Below are positions 9,241-20,105 of a stretch of DNA of 64,000 nt, one piece after another. Position numbers and translations under genes: made by a program. The notes beneath the pieces are model-generated. The model made no database searches, was not told the origin of the DNA, and worked only from the letters and a program-made list of their open reading frames with translations. The stretch is from Nitrospinaceae bacterium (GTDB taxonomy: Bacteria; Nitrospinota; Nitrospinia; Nitrospinales; Nitrospinaceae): contig OZ245011.1 of NCBI GenBank assembly GCA_965223665.1, forward strand, positions 800,001 through 864,000. Reading direction: 5' to 3'. Every line of letters starts with the position of its first letter. The stretch's first letter is position 1.

Positions 9241-10257
9241 TTAAATTCCTTTTTTTATAATGTATTTCAACAAATCCTTGGTTCGATTTGAATATCCCCA
9301 TTCATTATCATACCAGGCAAGAACTTTGATCATATTTTTATCCATAACTTTTGTTGATGGTCCATCCACAATTGAAGAATCTTGAGCTCCATTATAGTCG
9401 ATAGAAACAAGGGGCATATCTTCAAATCTCAAAATCCCCTTTAATTCATTTTGTGAGGCAGCTTTCAGGCAATTATTAACATCTTCTTCTGAAGTATCTT
9501 TCTCTACTTCTGCCACCAAATCAATTAATGATACATTTGGGGTTGGAACTCTTATGGCCATTCCATCTAATTTCCCTTTTAATTCTGGTAGTACCAAAGA
9601 AACAGCTTTAGCAGCCCCCGTGGTAGTCGGAATCATAGACAAATTTGCGGCACGTGCCCGCCGTAAATCTTTATGCGGTAAATCTAAAATTTTTTGATCA
9701 TTGGTATAAGAATGAATCGTGGTCATTACCCCTTTTCGAATTCCAAAGTTATTATGAATAACCTTAGCTAGCGGGGCCAAGCAGTTCGTAGTACAAGAGG
9801 CATTTGATACAATATTATGGTTATCAGCTTTGTAAGACTCCTCATTTACTCCTAAAACAATTGTTACATCCGGATCCTTTGCAGGTGCTGAAATTATGAC
9901 TTTTTTTGCACCGGCAGTTAAATGTTTTGAGGCATCCTCCCTTTTGGTAAACAAACCGGTTGATTCAATTACTACATCAATATTTAACTCTTTCCAAGGC
10001 AAGTCTTGAGGGTCACGCACCGAAGTAATCTGAATGGATTTTCCATTAATAATTAATTTATTATCCTGACTTTCAACCTGGAGATTACTTACACCCTGGA
10101 CTGAATCATATTTAAATAAATGTGCCAGGGTATTAGCATCTGTAAGATCATTAATGGCAACTACATCTATATTTTCGCAATCGGGATCATTGAAAATACA
10201 TTTCAAAACATTGCGACCTATTCGCCCAAACCCATTAATCGCCACTCTGGTGGTCAT
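9241..10257 (-). CDS. gap: Type I glyceraldehyde-3-phosphate dehydrogenase
   Basis: INGFGRIGR, SNASCTTNCLAP, WYDNEWGYS. Confidence 0.98.
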   Translation of the reverse strand: MTTRVAINGFGRIGRNVLKCIFNDPDCENIDVVAINDLTDANTLAHLFKYDSVQGVSNLQVESQDNKLIINGKSIQITSVRDPQDLPWKELNIDVVIESTGLFTKREDASKHLTAGAKKVIISAPAKDPDVTIVLGVNEESYKADNHNIVSNASCTTNCLAPLAKVIHNNFGIRKGVMTTIHSYTNDQKILDLPHKDLRRARAANLSMIPTTTGAAKAVSLVLPELKGKLDGMAIRVPTPNVSLIDLVAEVEKDTSEEDVNNCLKAASQNELKGILRFEDMPLVSIDYNGAQDSSIVDGPSTKVMDKNMIKVLAWYDNEWGYSNRTKDLLKYIIKKGI

Positions 10258-10383
10258 TTAGCCTCCTTCACAAAAAATAATTCCTAAACTTTTTTCAAAC
10301 TGTTGAATCATATTGTTAACTGTATTTAAAAATTAATCAATATAGTTTTAAAAACTCTTTCCATTCATTTATTCTCAGGTTGG

Positions 10384-11121
10384 TTATTCCTTTCTTTGTT
10401 CCACTCCCTTTTGAATAGCATCCTTCATATTTTTTATGGCTTGATCCATTCCTGAATAAATTGATCTGGCAACCAGGTTGTGACCTATATTTAGTTCCTC
10501 GATTTGAGGAATGGCGGCGATGGAAATTACATTTTCATTATTTAGTCCGTGACCCGCAAATACCCTCATTCCAAAATCTTTTGCTTGAGAAGAGGCTTTT
10601 ACAATTTTTGCCAATTCTTTGTCAATCTCATTTTGCTCACTCAATTCAGTATATAAACCCGTATTAATTTCAATACTTGGCACTCCTAGTCCGTGGGCGG
10701 CTTGAATTTGATCCACATTAGGGTCTACAAAAAGGCTAACCAAAATCCCATGGGAATCTAGTTTTTGTTTTACCGATTTAATAATTTTTTCATTTAAGCG
10801 TACGTCCAAACCACCTTCTGTTGTAATCTCTTGTCTTTTTTCAGGAACCAATGAAACTTGATAAGGCTTCGTTTTGATTGCAATCTCCACCATTTCTTCT
10901 GTGGCAGCCATTTCAAGATTGAGTTTCGTCTGGATATTTTGTTTAATTCGATTCACATCATGGTCTTGAATATGACGCCTATCTTCTCTGAGATGCACTG
11001 TAATGCCATCTGCACCTGCTTTTTCGGCCAACAGAGCAGCAATTAAGGGATCTGGTTCAGTGGTTTTACGAGCTTCTCTTAATGTGGCCACGTGGTCTAC
11101 ATTTACAAATAATCGAATCAT
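10384..11121 (-). CDS. pdxJ: Pyridoxine 5'-phosphate synthase
   Basis: VNVDHVATLR, HLREDRRHI, TTEGGLD, AGHGL, ELNIGH. Start more likely ATG 11121 (MIRLFVN) than 11142. Confidence 0.96.
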   Translation of the reverse strand: MIRLFVNVDHVATLREARKTTEPDPLIAALLAEKAGADGITVHLREDRRHIQDHDVNRIKQNIQTKLNLEMAATEEMVEIAIKTKPYQVSLVPEKRQEITTEGGLDVRLNEKIIKSVKQKLDSHGILVSLFVDPNVDQIQAAHGLGVPSIEINTGLYTELSEQNEIDKELAKIVKASSQAKDFGMRVFAGHGLNNENVISIAAIPQIEELNIGHNLVARSIYSGMDQAIKNMKDAIQKGVEQRKE

Positions 11122-11125
11122 AAAG

Positions 11126-11956
11126 TTATCTCTCCCACGCACTCAATGCTTTTACCATCTTTAGCATATGAACTGTTTCTTTAACATCGTGAACACGAAG
11201 AATTTTAGCTCCCTTTAATACTCCTACTAATCCCGAGATTAAAGACCCAACCATTCTATCTTCTACTGGGACATTTAAAACTTTCCCAATAAATGACTTA
11301 CGGGAAATTCCTAAAAGCAATGGTTTATTCAATTCATTGAAATACTCAAGATTAGAAATCAATTCCAAATTATTTTCTGCAGTTTTTCCAAACCCAATTC
11401 CCGGATCTATTATTATTTTGTTGGGTTCAATTCCTATGGATTCTGCAAACTCAATTTTTTCCTGAAGAAATGCTCTTATTTCTTTTATACAATCTTTATA
11501 ATTTATACTCTCCTGCATATTCGAAGGATTGCCTCTCATATGCATAAGAATCACTCCAGCTTTATATCTTGAAATAATAGACGCCATATTTGGGTCCCGC
11601 AAACCAGTAATATCATTGATCCACGTAGCACCATGATTCAAAACAAATTCGGCAACCTCCGCTTTGTAGGTATCCACAGATAGGGGAACCGAAATACTCG
11701 TTTCAATCTTATTTAAAAATGGTTTTAAAATCTCAATTTCATTCTCTGCAGAAATGGGGAAAGACCCCGGTCGAGTAGACTCAGCCCCGAGATCTATAAA
11801 ATCCGCTCCATCCTCAACCATTTGTATGGCAGTTTTAAAAGCTATTTCTATATTAGAAAAGCTACTTTCTGAATAGAATGAATCTTCAGATAGATTAATT
11901 ATTCCCATTACTTTAGGGGTTTCATTGAATAGAGTTTTTAGATTTTTCTGAAACAA
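11126..11956 (-). CDS. folP: Dihydropteroate synthase
   Basis: MGIINLSEDSF, GAESTRPG, SVDT, DPGIGFGK, SRKSFIG, RVHDV. Confidence 0.96.
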   Translation of the reverse strand: MFQKNLKTLFNETPKVMGIINLSEDSFYSESSFSNIEIAFKTAIQMVEDGADFIDLGAESTRPGSFPISAENEIEILKPFLNKIETSISVPLSVDTYKAEVAEFVLNHGATWINDITGLRDPNMASIISRYKAGVILMHMRGNPSNMQESINYKDCIKEIRAFLQEKIEFAESIGIEPNKIIIDPGIGFGKTAENNLELISNLEYFNELNKPLLLGISRKSFIGKVLNVPVEDRMVGSLISGLVGVLKGAKILRVHDVKETVHMLKMVKALSAWER

Positions 11957-11971
11957 AAGGGATTCCTAATG

Positions 11972-12011
11972 AAAAAGAAAAGCTCCGTCTCGGGAAAACC
12001 CGAAACGGAGC
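11972..12011 (-). terminator. Intrinsic terminator after ftsH
   Basis: Minus strand GCTCCGTTTCGGG-TTTT-CCCGAGACGGAGC followed by TTTTCTTTTT. Confidence 0.8.
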
Positions 12012-12037
12012 CACAGTAACAATTATATATTTGTTCC

Positions 12038-13966
12038 TTAGGCAGGCGTAGGATCCGGCATTCCACCGATTAAACCATCTGAATCACCAACCACATCCGG
12101 CTTTTTCTTCTCTTTTTGGTGGGCTAATGTGGCATCATCAACAGGGCTTTCACTTCCCCCATCTGAATCTTCAGGTGGTTTCCCATCAATAATCTCTTTA
12201 ATTTCTTTTAAATCTAAAGTTTCATGCTCTAACAACGCTTGAGCTAACTTCTCTAATGTTTCTAGATTTTCCGTTAAGAGTTCATTTGCTTTATTATAGC
12301 CGCCCATAACCAAAGATTTAACTTCAAGGTCAATCAATTTTGCAGTTTCATCACTAAAGTTTTTTTGAGCCGAAAAATCTTTTCCAAGAAATACCTGCTC
12401 TTCTTTAGTTCCATAAGTCAAAGGACCCATTTTCTCACTCATTCCCCATTCACACACCATCTTTCGAGCAGTTTCAGTGGCAACCTCAATATCATTTCCG
12501 GCCCCTGTCGTAATCTGGCCTAAACAAATTTCTTCGGCCACTCGACCTCCCATCATAATCGCCAGTCGATTTATGAGGTAATCTTTAGGATATGTGTGTT
12601 TTTCATCCTCTGGAAGCTGCATTGTTACTCCTAATGCTCGTCCCCGTGGAATTATGGTTACTTTATGTAATGGATCAGTTTCAGGCAATAAATAGGCTAC
12701 CAAAGCATGACCGGCCTCATGATACGCTGTATTTTTCTTTTCTTTCTCAGTAATTACCATACTTCGACGTTCAACACCCATCATGACTTTGTCTTTGGCA
12801 TCTTCAAAGTCTTCCATGTTCACTGTCCGTCTTTCTTTACGCGCAGCCAAAAGAGCTGCTTCATTTACCAAGTTTGCTAAATCAGCCCCAGTGAAACCCG
12901 GAGTTCCTCGTGCAATAATTTTTAAATCAACATCATCTTCAAGCGGAACTCTAGATGTATGGACTTTAAGAATTCCTTCTCGTCCTTTTATATCTGGACG
13001 CCCAACTACCACCTGACGATCAAATCGACCAGGCCTTAACAAAGCCGGGTCCAAAACATCAGGACGGTTTGTAGCGGCAATTAAAATAACTCCTTCATTA
13101 TTTTCGAATCCATCCATTTCAACTAAAAGTTGGTTTAAGGTTTGTTCGCGCTCGTCATGGCCACCCCCTAAACCTGCACCACGGTGCCGACCGACTGCAT
13201 CAATTTCATCAATAAAAATAATACAGGGGCTATTTTTCTTACCCTGCTCAAATAAATCTCGAACACGTGATGCACCAACTCCAACAAACATTTCTACAAA
13301 ATCCGAACCACTAATACTAAAGAAAGGAACATTGGCTTCCCCTGCAATAGCTTTAGCTAAAAGAGTTTTTCCGGTACCTGGAGGACCTACTAAAAGTACT
13401 CCTTTTGGAATTTTACCGCCAAGCTTACTGAATTTTTGAGGTTCCTTTAAAAATTCAATGATTTCCTGTAGCTCTTCTTTTGCTTCATCACAGCCTGCAA
13501 CATCCTTAAATGTCACTTTATTGGATTTTTCACCCATGAGGCGAGCCTTACTTTTACCAAAGGAAAGGGCTTTTCCACCCCCTGCCTGCATTTGCCGCAT
13601 AAAAAATATCCAAATCCCAAGCAACAAAAGCATGGGAAACCAAGATATTAATATATTCATATACCAACTGGTCTGCTCCGGTGGCACCACTTCCATCCGA
13701 ACACCTTTTTCTCTGAGTAATTTAATTAATTCGGGATCTTTTCCGGGGGCATAGGTTTGAAATGTTCGACCATCGGTATAGGTTCCATTTATTGTGTCAC
13801 CTTGCATCACCACTTTAGAGATTTCCCCCCGTTCTAATTGGTTCATGAAATCACTAAAAACAACCTCAGATTGGCCCATTTGTGGTTGGTTGAATATATT
13901 AAAAAGAGCAATTAAAATCAGCCCTATGACTAACCATAAAGCTAAGTTTTTATAAAATTGATTCAA
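12038..13966 (-). CDS. ftsH: ATP-dependent zinc metalloprotease FtsH
   Basis: Two TM helices, [40 protein letters not shown]. Confidence 0.98.
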   Translation of the reverse strand: MNQFYKNLALWLVIGLILIALFNIFNQPQMGQSEVVFSDFMNQLERGEISKVVMQGDTINGTYTDGRTFQTYAPGKDPELIKLLREKGVRMEVVPPEQTSWYMNILISWFPMLLLLGIWIFFMRQMQAGGGKALSFGKSKARLMGEKSNKVTFKDVAGCDEAKEELQEIIEFLKEPQKFSKLGGKIPKGVLLVGPPGTGKTLLAKAIAGEANVPFFSISGSDFVEMFVGVGASRVRDLFEQGKKNSPCIIFIDEIDAVGRHRGAGLGGGHDEREQTLNQLLVEMDGFENNEGVILIAATNRPDVLDPALLRPGRFDRQVVVGRPDIKGREGILKVHTSRVPLEDDVDLKIIARGTPGFTGADLANLVNEAALLAARKERRTVNMEDFEDAKDKVMMGVERRSMVITEKEKKNTAYHEAGHALVAYLLPETDPLHKVTIIPRGRALGVTMQLPEDEKHTYPKDYLINRLAIMMGGRVAEEICLGQITTGAGNDIEVATETARKMVCEWGMSEKMGPLTYGTKEEQVFLGKDFSAQKNFSDETAKLIDLEVKSLVMGGYNKANELLTENLETLEKLAQALLEHETLDLKEIKEIIDGKPPEDSDGGSESPVDDATLAHQKEKKKPDVVGDSDGLIGGMPDPTPA

Positions 13967-14062
13967 AATAGTCTCCTTTGCGAAAAGCTGAGCTTGGTAA
14001 ATCTATATTACCATAGTTCGCTATTCAAATGCCGGTTTCTTTTCCACCCTCAGAAACCGATT

Positions 14063-15481
14063 TTAATTTACCAAGCCTTTGATATTTAGGATTTTATTTG
14101 TCTCAGGCGTCACTCTATATTTATGAGAAATCCTAAACCCATATACCCATATAATATCGCCATTTAGAGTAGTCAATAGAGGAACAGAATATCTTTCCTT
14201 TTGGGGAACCTTTTCATCAATAAAAAAATCTTTTAGTTTTTTTGTGCCAGACATTCCAAAAGGTATGAACCGATCACCTTTTTCAAAAAATCGAATTAAA
14301 ATATTTTCCCCTGAAATAGCCAAGTCCAAATCTGCTTCATTTTTTCTTTTGGAAAAACCTTTAAATTCATTGGAAGAAATGATTTTAGTTTGCAACTTAA
14401 TTCCTGTTTGGGGAATTGTTGTAATCCCTGGAATTTCCAGGGGAATTTTTAAATCTTTTTCTAAAATTAAGATGTCACTTTTACTATCAGGGATTTTTTT
14501 TATCTCAAGGCTTGTATTTAGGATAGAAACTTCAATATTGTCTGGAAGACTTTTACTCCACGCAGATTTATGTGATTGCACATATTCTACGGTTTTCTGT
14601 AAATGATGGAAAGTAATCCTACGCAAATTTCCCTTCACAAATTGAATACTTTTGCGTAAAACTCTCCTTTGCATTATTTTGGGTATTTCCCTCAGTAATT
14701 CTCTATTTAAAATAACCTTTTCGTTTTCTATACTTTCACACAAGCATTCATTGAAATATTTTTCTGCCAATCCATCCAAAAATTCATTTTCCTCACTAAG
14801 AGTTGTGGACATTCTTAAGAGGTTTTCGTTTAAATTTGGATTGTATTGACTCATTAGAAGTGGCACCAAATCTAAACGAATTTTATTACGCAGGTATTTC
14901 CGATTTTTATTCGAAGAATCAACTCGATAGGAAATTTTCCTGTTTTCCAGAAATTCAAGAACCTCACTTCTTTCAAAAATCAATAAAGGCCTTATCCATG
15001 GACCTCTTTTGGGAAGCATTCCCTTTAATCCCGCTATTCCACTTCCTCGCAAAAAATTCATCAAAATAGTTTCAGCCTGATCCTCCTTATTATGACCCAA
15101 AGCAATTTTATTCCCTTCAATTTTTTTAAGAATATGCATTAAATAATCTTTTCGGATTTGCCTTGCAGTATCCTGAAAGGAACTTTTGATATCAACTTTC
15201 TTATCTTCAATATTTATTTTTTGAATAAAAGTGGGAATACAAAGTTCCTCTCCTAGTTTTCTAACAAACTCGGAATCATCAAAGGATTCTTGTCCTCGAG
15301 CACAATGATTTAAATGGGCAATACTAATTTGGATTGGGTATTGTTTTCTAATTTCTATCATGGAGTATAATAAAGCCGTGGAATCTGGTCCACCCGAAAG
15401 AGCTACCAAAATATGATCTTCCTCAGAAAACATTTGGTGTTCTCCACCAAAGGCAATCATTTTTTGAATAAATCGATCCAT
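14063..15481 (-). CDS. tilS: tRNA(Ile)-lysidine synthetase
   Basis: SGGPDS PP-loop, GHNKEDQAET, RPLL, DSSN...RNKIR, KKLKDFFIDEKVP C-domain. Confidence 0.96.
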   Translation of the reverse strand: MDRFIQKMIAFGGEHQMFSEEDHILVALSGGPDSTALLYSMIEIRKQYPIQISIAHLNHCARGQESFDDSEFVRKLGEELCIPTFIQKINIEDKKVDIKSSFQDTARQIRKDYLMHILKKIEGNKIALGHNKEDQAETILMNFLRGSGIAGLKGMLPKRGPWIRPLLIFERSEVLEFLENRKISYRVDSSNKNRKYLRNKIRLDLVPLLMSQYNPNLNENLLRMSTTLSEENEFLDGLAEKYFNECLCESIENEKVILNRELLREIPKIMQRRVLRKSIQFVKGNLRRITFHHLQKTVEYVQSHKSAWSKSLPDNIEVSILNTSLEIKKIPDSKSDILILEKDLKIPLEIPGITTIPQTGIKLQTKIISSNEFKGFSKRKNEADLDLAISGENILIRFFEKGDRFIPFGMSGTKKLKDFFIDEKVPQKERYSVPLLTTLNGDIIWVYGFRISHKYRVTPETNKILNIKGLVN

Positions 15482-15553
15482 AAATATTAATTACAATCCT
15501 TACGGAAAATGATTAAAGCTTTACCAATAAATATTTATTAAATTCAGAATTTA

Positions 15554-16792
15554 TTACAGATTTTCCAAAATTTCTTGCTTCTTCTTTTGGTATTCGGCCT
15601 CTGAAATTATATTCATTTGCCTGAGTTGCTTATAGTGACGCAACTTTACTTCCACCGACTGGTGGCTATCATTCGTTGCATTAGGTAATGGATTGTTTGA
15701 AAGAGATTTTTTTATGGTGAGAGGTGGAAGAATATTAACTTTTTTTTCCGGAGAAGGTTTGGGTTCTTTAAGATTATTTTTTGCTAAGGTAACTTCTTTA
15801 TTTTCTTTTACCTTCCAGTTTTTTTCAATAAATGCCTTTGCTTTAATTTCTTCAATATAAGATTGATATTGACCTTGAAACTTTTCCATTGACAAAATAT
15901 TCGTTATTTCATTTCTAACTTCTTCAATTGGGGTTGTTTGACCAGGAATAATTTTATCTACTTTAATTATATGAATACCATATGGGGAACGAATTATGTT
16001 ACTAATTTCTCCTTCTTTAAGGGCAAATGCAGCATTCTCAAATTCTGGAATCATTTTACCTCTTTCCAGCACTCCCAAATCTCCCCCATTTTGAGCGGAC
16101 ACATCCTCTGAATAAAGTTGGGCCATGGTTTCAAATTTTTCTCCACTCCTCAATTTACGCATTACTTCTTGAGCTTTTTGCTCTTTAACTTTTATATCTT
16201 TTTCTGGCAAGGTCTCTTCAAGAATAAATAATATATGTCGCACACTGATTTTGGGTGGGCTCCAATAATCTTTTTGATGCTCATGATAATAATTTTTTAA
16301 TTCATCATCACTAACCTTTATACGACTTTTAACTTGCATACCTACTACTTTACTCAACATAATTTGATTTCGAATATTCTCTTTATAATCATCTATAGAA
16401 CGCCCTTCTTTTTCCAGCATTCTCTCTAGGTCACCTTCTTGAAGATTATTTCGATCTCTAATTTCATTTAAAGCCGCTTCGACCTTTTTTTCATCAATAG
16501 TAAGCCCAATTCTTTTGCCATCAAAAACAATTAGCTTTTCTTGAATAATTCTATCTAACATCAAACTTTTCATTTCCTCAAAAGTCGGAATATCAGTTCC
16601 CCCTGATGACTGGATTCGAGAAATTTCCATTGCAGCTCTTTCGTCAAGATCACTTTTGGTAATGATTTCGTTATTAACTCTAGCAATAACTTGATCAAAA
16701 ATTTCGGCTGCAACAGGATGGCTTATTAAAAGGCAAACCATTCCAAATAACAAAAATTTTATTTTGAATTTAAATTTGTTCCAATACATCAT
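15554..16792 (-). CDS. SurA-like parvulin PPIase/chaperone with C-terminal SHOCT-like tail
   Basis: Signal peptide, DQVIARVNNEII SurA N-domain, VRHIL...FETMAQLYSED...GGDLG...SPYGIHIIK rotamase domain. Confidence 0.9.
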   Translation of the reverse strand: MMYWNKFKFKIKFLLFGMVCLLISHPVAAEIFDQVIARVNNEIITKSDLDERAAMEISRIQSSGGTDIPTFEEMKSLMLDRIIQEKLIVFDGKRIGLTIDEKKVEAALNEIRDRNNLQEGDLERMLEKEGRSIDDYKENIRNQIMLSKVVGMQVKSRIKVSDDELKNYYHEHQKDYWSPPKISVRHILFILEETLPEKDIKVKEQKAQEVMRKLRSGEKFETMAQLYSEDVSAQNGGDLGVLERGKMIPEFENAAFALKEGEISNIIRSPYGIHIIKVDKIIPGQTTPIEEVRNEITNILSMEKFQGQYQSYIEEIKAKAFIEKNWKVKENKEVTLAKNNLKEPKPSPEKKVNILPPLTIKKSLSNNPLPNATNDSHQSVEVKLRHYKQLRQMNIISEAEYQKKKQEILENL

Positions 16793-17741
16793 AGTTAATT
16801 ATTATTTCTGATTTTTCTTTTACTTTGGTTAACCACTTTTTAAAGGCTTTTTCCTGAGCTTGGCGCAAAAGAGAATTACGGATACTTTTCTTTGATTCTT
16901 CAAAACTCATTTTACTTTCCGGGATTTTATCAACCACTTTAAAAACATGAAATCCATAAGGAGTTCGAATAATATCACTAATCTTTTCTACCTCTAAATC
17001 AAAAACCTCGTCAAACTCTTCAGGCATTTGACCCTTTTCAAAGTAGCCCATGTCTCCACCCTCGCTTCCTTCCAAACTTAATGAATGTTCTTTTGCGAGC
17101 TGGGAAAAAGATTTACCTTTTTTAAGCATTTTTAATATATCGCGGGCTTCTTCTTCGGTTTCAACCATAATATGTAGGGCTCTTACCCGTTCTCCCTTTT
17201 GAAATTCTTTTTGGTGATTGGTAAAGTATTTCAATAGATCCTTATCTGAGACGGCAACCTTACTATTCACCACCTGTTGAATCAAATTTTTTATTAAAAG
17301 TTGGGTTTTTAGTTTCTCTACCCATTGAGATTGAGAAATTTCCTCAATTTCTAATGCCTGCTGAAAAGACTCATCTTTATACCCCTGCTTCATTTTTTCA
17401 AGATAAGTATTAAATTCGGAGTCCCTAAGCTTAACTCCAATTCTTCGTGCCTCTTGTTTTATTAAAGATTCCTGAATAATTTTATTTAACGTGTTATTTT
17501 TCAACCATGCCCACTGTTCTTTAGGAAGTGGATCATTCTTTTTAATCCGATATTTCCTTTTAGCTTGCCGCAGTTCATTTATCAATTGATGCTGGACAAT
17601 GGATTCCTCATTTACTATGGCCACTGTTTTCGAACCATCACCCTCTATTTCTGTTTGATTATTTGGACCACAACCAAATAAAAAAAAGACCAATATAATG
17701 AGGGAAATTCGAATCATAATAAGGAAAGGAAAAGTGCTCAT
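16770..17741 (-). CDS. PrsA/PpiC-type parvulin PPIase, probable lipoprotein
   Basis: Lipobox-like LFGC, VRALHIMV, FSQLAKEHS, GGDMGYF, TPYGFHVFK. Confidence 0.88.
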   Translation of the reverse strand: MSTFPFLIMIRISLIILVFFLFGCGPNNQTEIEGDGSKTVAIVNEESIVQHQLINELRQAKRKYRIKKNDPLPKEQWAWLKNNTLNKIIQESLIKQEARRIGVKLRDSEFNTYLEKMKQGYKDESFQQALEIEEISQSQWVEKLKTQLLIKNLIQQVVNSKVAVSDKDLLKYFTNHQKEFQKGERVRALHIMVETEEEARDILKMLKKGKSFSQLAKEHSLSLEGSEGGDMGYFEKGQMPEEFDEVFDLEVEKISDIIRTPYGFHVFKVVDKIPESKMSFEESKKSIRNSLLRQAQEKAFKKWLTKVKEKSEIIINYDVLEQI

Positions 17742-20105
17742 TTATGCTACATCGATAGCATTTAGAATTTTCTTTAAATATTTTTTTATAAGGTTCACGT
17801 TTTCACGCCACCCCGATTGTTCCAACAAAAGATTAATTTCAAATTCTGAGACAAGTTTCATTTTTTTTTCAAGGATGTCCATCAGAATATTTGATGATAT
17901 AGGAGTAGAAGCCGCAATTTTCATTATAACCACATTTTTAGTCAAAATTAACTCCGTAACATGTAATCTTTGACAATCCATTCTTAACTCAATAATTGCA
18001 ATGAGTTTTTCCAGAGGTTCGGGAATGGGCCCAAATCGATCCTTTATTTCATTTTTTAAAGATTCTATATCTTCTATATCGTTGGATAATTGCAACCTTC
18101 TATACATTTCTAGACGCTGATTCATGTCCTGGATGTAATCTGTGGGGATGTAACCTTTAATTTGAATATCTACCAGGGTATCAATTTTTTTATCAACTGC
18201 TTGACCTTGGATCTCGTTAATTGTTTCTTCCATCATTTTACAATAGAGATCAAACCCAATTGCAGAAATATGTCCGGATTGATTTTTCCCTAACATATTC
18301 CCTGTCCCTCGTATTTCCATATCCCTCGCCGCCAGTTGAAAACCTGCACCCAGGTCACTCATCTCCTCAATGGCAAATAAGCGCTTTCTGGCCTCTTCAG
18401 AAATCGACATAGTTCCAGGAACCAACAAATAAGCAAAAGCTTGATGCCTATAACGCCCTACTCTTCCACGCAATTGGTAAAGTTGGGCCAACCCGAATTT
18501 ATCCGCCCTATTAATAATTATTGTATTGGCGGTTGGAATATCCAAACCTGATTCAATTATTGATGTGCATAGCAGCAAATCTATTTCCCCATCAATAAAT
18601 TGCTTCATAACCGTCTCCAACATACGCTCTTGCATTTGACCATGAGCAATTCCAATTTTTACTTCCGGAATTATTTTTTGAAGTAATGCCGCCATGGAAT
18701 GTATTCCCTGCACTCTGTTATGCACAAAATATACCTGGCCTCCCCGTTCTATTTCTCTTAATACTGCTTTCCGTATTATTCCTTCTTCAAATTTCCTAAT
18801 ATAGGTTTTAATTGAAAGTCTATCACTTGGAGGAGTTTCAATTACACTTAGATCTCTTACTCCCATAAGGGAAAAGTGAAGTGTTCTCGGAATAGGTGTC
18901 GCCGTTAAGGTCAATATATCAACCGATGCACGCATTTTTTTTAATTGTTCTTTATGACGAACTCCAAACCTTTGTTCCTCATCTATGATTAATAATCCTA
19001 AATCTAAAAATTTTACGTCCTTTGACAAAAGAGAATGGGTTCCGATAACGATATCTAATTTTCCTTGCTTTAATTTTTCTAATGTTTGTTTTTGTTCACT
19101 TGAATTTCGAAATCGACTCACCATATCAATTGATACAGGGTGCAACTGAAAACGCTCCCTGAAAGTATTTAAATGCTGTTGGGCTAAAATTGTTGTAGGA
19201 ACTAAAACCGCAACCTGCTTTTTATCTAACACGGTTTGATAAGCTGCACGCATAGCAACCTCGGTTTTTCCATAGCCCACATCCCCACAAATTAGACGGT
19301 CCATAGGCTTATCTTTGCTTAAATCATCTAATACGTCTTCAATAGCTTTCAATTGATCATCCGTTTCTACATATTCAAAAGAATCAGAAAAACCCTGCAT
19401 CATTACCGGATCACCCGGGTACGCATGCCCTTGAGCCACTTCCCGTGAAGCATAAATTTTTAATAAATCGTTCGCCATTTCAAGAATTGATTCTTTTACT
19501 TTCTTTTTTTGTTTCTTCCACTGAGAACCACCTAATCGATTTAGTGGTGGATTTGATTCTCCAGATCCCAGATACTTTTGAATGAGACCCAGTCCATCCA
19601 TCGGGATATATAACTTTTGATCCTCAGCATAAAGAATTTCCAAAAACTCTCCGCCTCCTATACCTGTTTTTATTTCCTTAGAGCCATTAAACTTTCCTAT
19701 TCCATAATCAACGTGAACCAACAAATCTCCTTCTTTTAGATCTTTAAATCCTCTCTGAAAAGCTTGGCTCTGGCTTTTTCGACGATGTCGGTGTTTATGT
19801 GTTCTTCCAAAAATTTCGTGTTCTGCGACTACGATTAGATTTGCTTCCGGTAATCTAAACCCCGAACTAATATGTCCCTGTTGAACTTCTAAGTCTAATT
19901 CTTTATCGATAAGCAACTCATTGACTCTCCGCAAATGTCCCTTTGTCGGAGCAACAATTAATATTTTTTGACCCTGACTTTCCCATTCCCAGGCTGCTTT
20001 GGAAAATTCTTCAAATTTGGTTTGGAAATTTGGAATTTGCTTAACTTCTATATGAAATGTATTGGTTAATTTAAGATCCGAAAACTTTAGTTCATTAAAT
20101 TCCAT
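17742..20105 (-). CDS. mfd: Transcription-repair coupling factor Mfd, C-terminal part (RID, translocase, TRCF) of a frameshifted gene
   Basis: VHVDYGIGKF (RID), CGDVGYGKTE, DEEQRFG, TATPIPRT, QLRGRVGR, DMEIRGTGN. Confidence 0.95.
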   Translation of the reverse strand: MEFNELKFSDLKLTNTFHIEVKQIPNFQTKFEEFSKAAWEWESQGQKILIVAPTKGHLRRVNELLIDKELDLEVQQGHISSGFRLPEANLIVVAEHEIFGRTHKHRHRRKSQSQAFQRGFKDLKEGDLLVHVDYGIGKFNGSKEIKTGIGGGEFLEILYAEDQKLYIPMDGLGLIQKYLGSGESNPPLNRLGGSQWKKQKKKVKESILEMANDLLKIYASREVAQGHAYPGDPVMMQGFSDSFEYVETDDQLKAIEDVLDDLSKDKPMDRLICGDVGYGKTEVAMRAAYQTVLDKKQVAVLVPTTILAQQHLNTFRERFQLHPVSIDMVSRFRNSSEQKQTLEKLKQGKLDIVIGTHSLLSKDVKFLDLGLLIIDEEQRFGVRHKEQLKKMRASVDILTLTATPIPRTLHFSLMGVRDLSVIETPPSDRLSIKTYIRKFEEGIIRKAVLREIERGGQVYFVHNRVQGIHSMAALLQKIIPEVKIGIAHGQMQERMLETVMKQFIDGEIDLLLCTSIIESGLDIPTANTIIINRADKFGLAQLYQLRGRVGRYRHQAFAYLLVPGTMSISEEARKRLFAIEEMSDLGAGFQLAARDMEIRGTGNMLGKNQSGHISAIGFDLYCKMMEETINEIQGQAVDKKIDTLVDIQIKGYIPTDYIQDMNQRLEMYRRLQLSNDIEDIESLKNEIKDRFGPIPEPLEKLIAIIELRMDCQRLHVTELILTKNVVIMKIAASTPISSNILMDILEKKMKLVSEFEINLLLEQSGWRENVNLIKKYLKKILNAIDVA

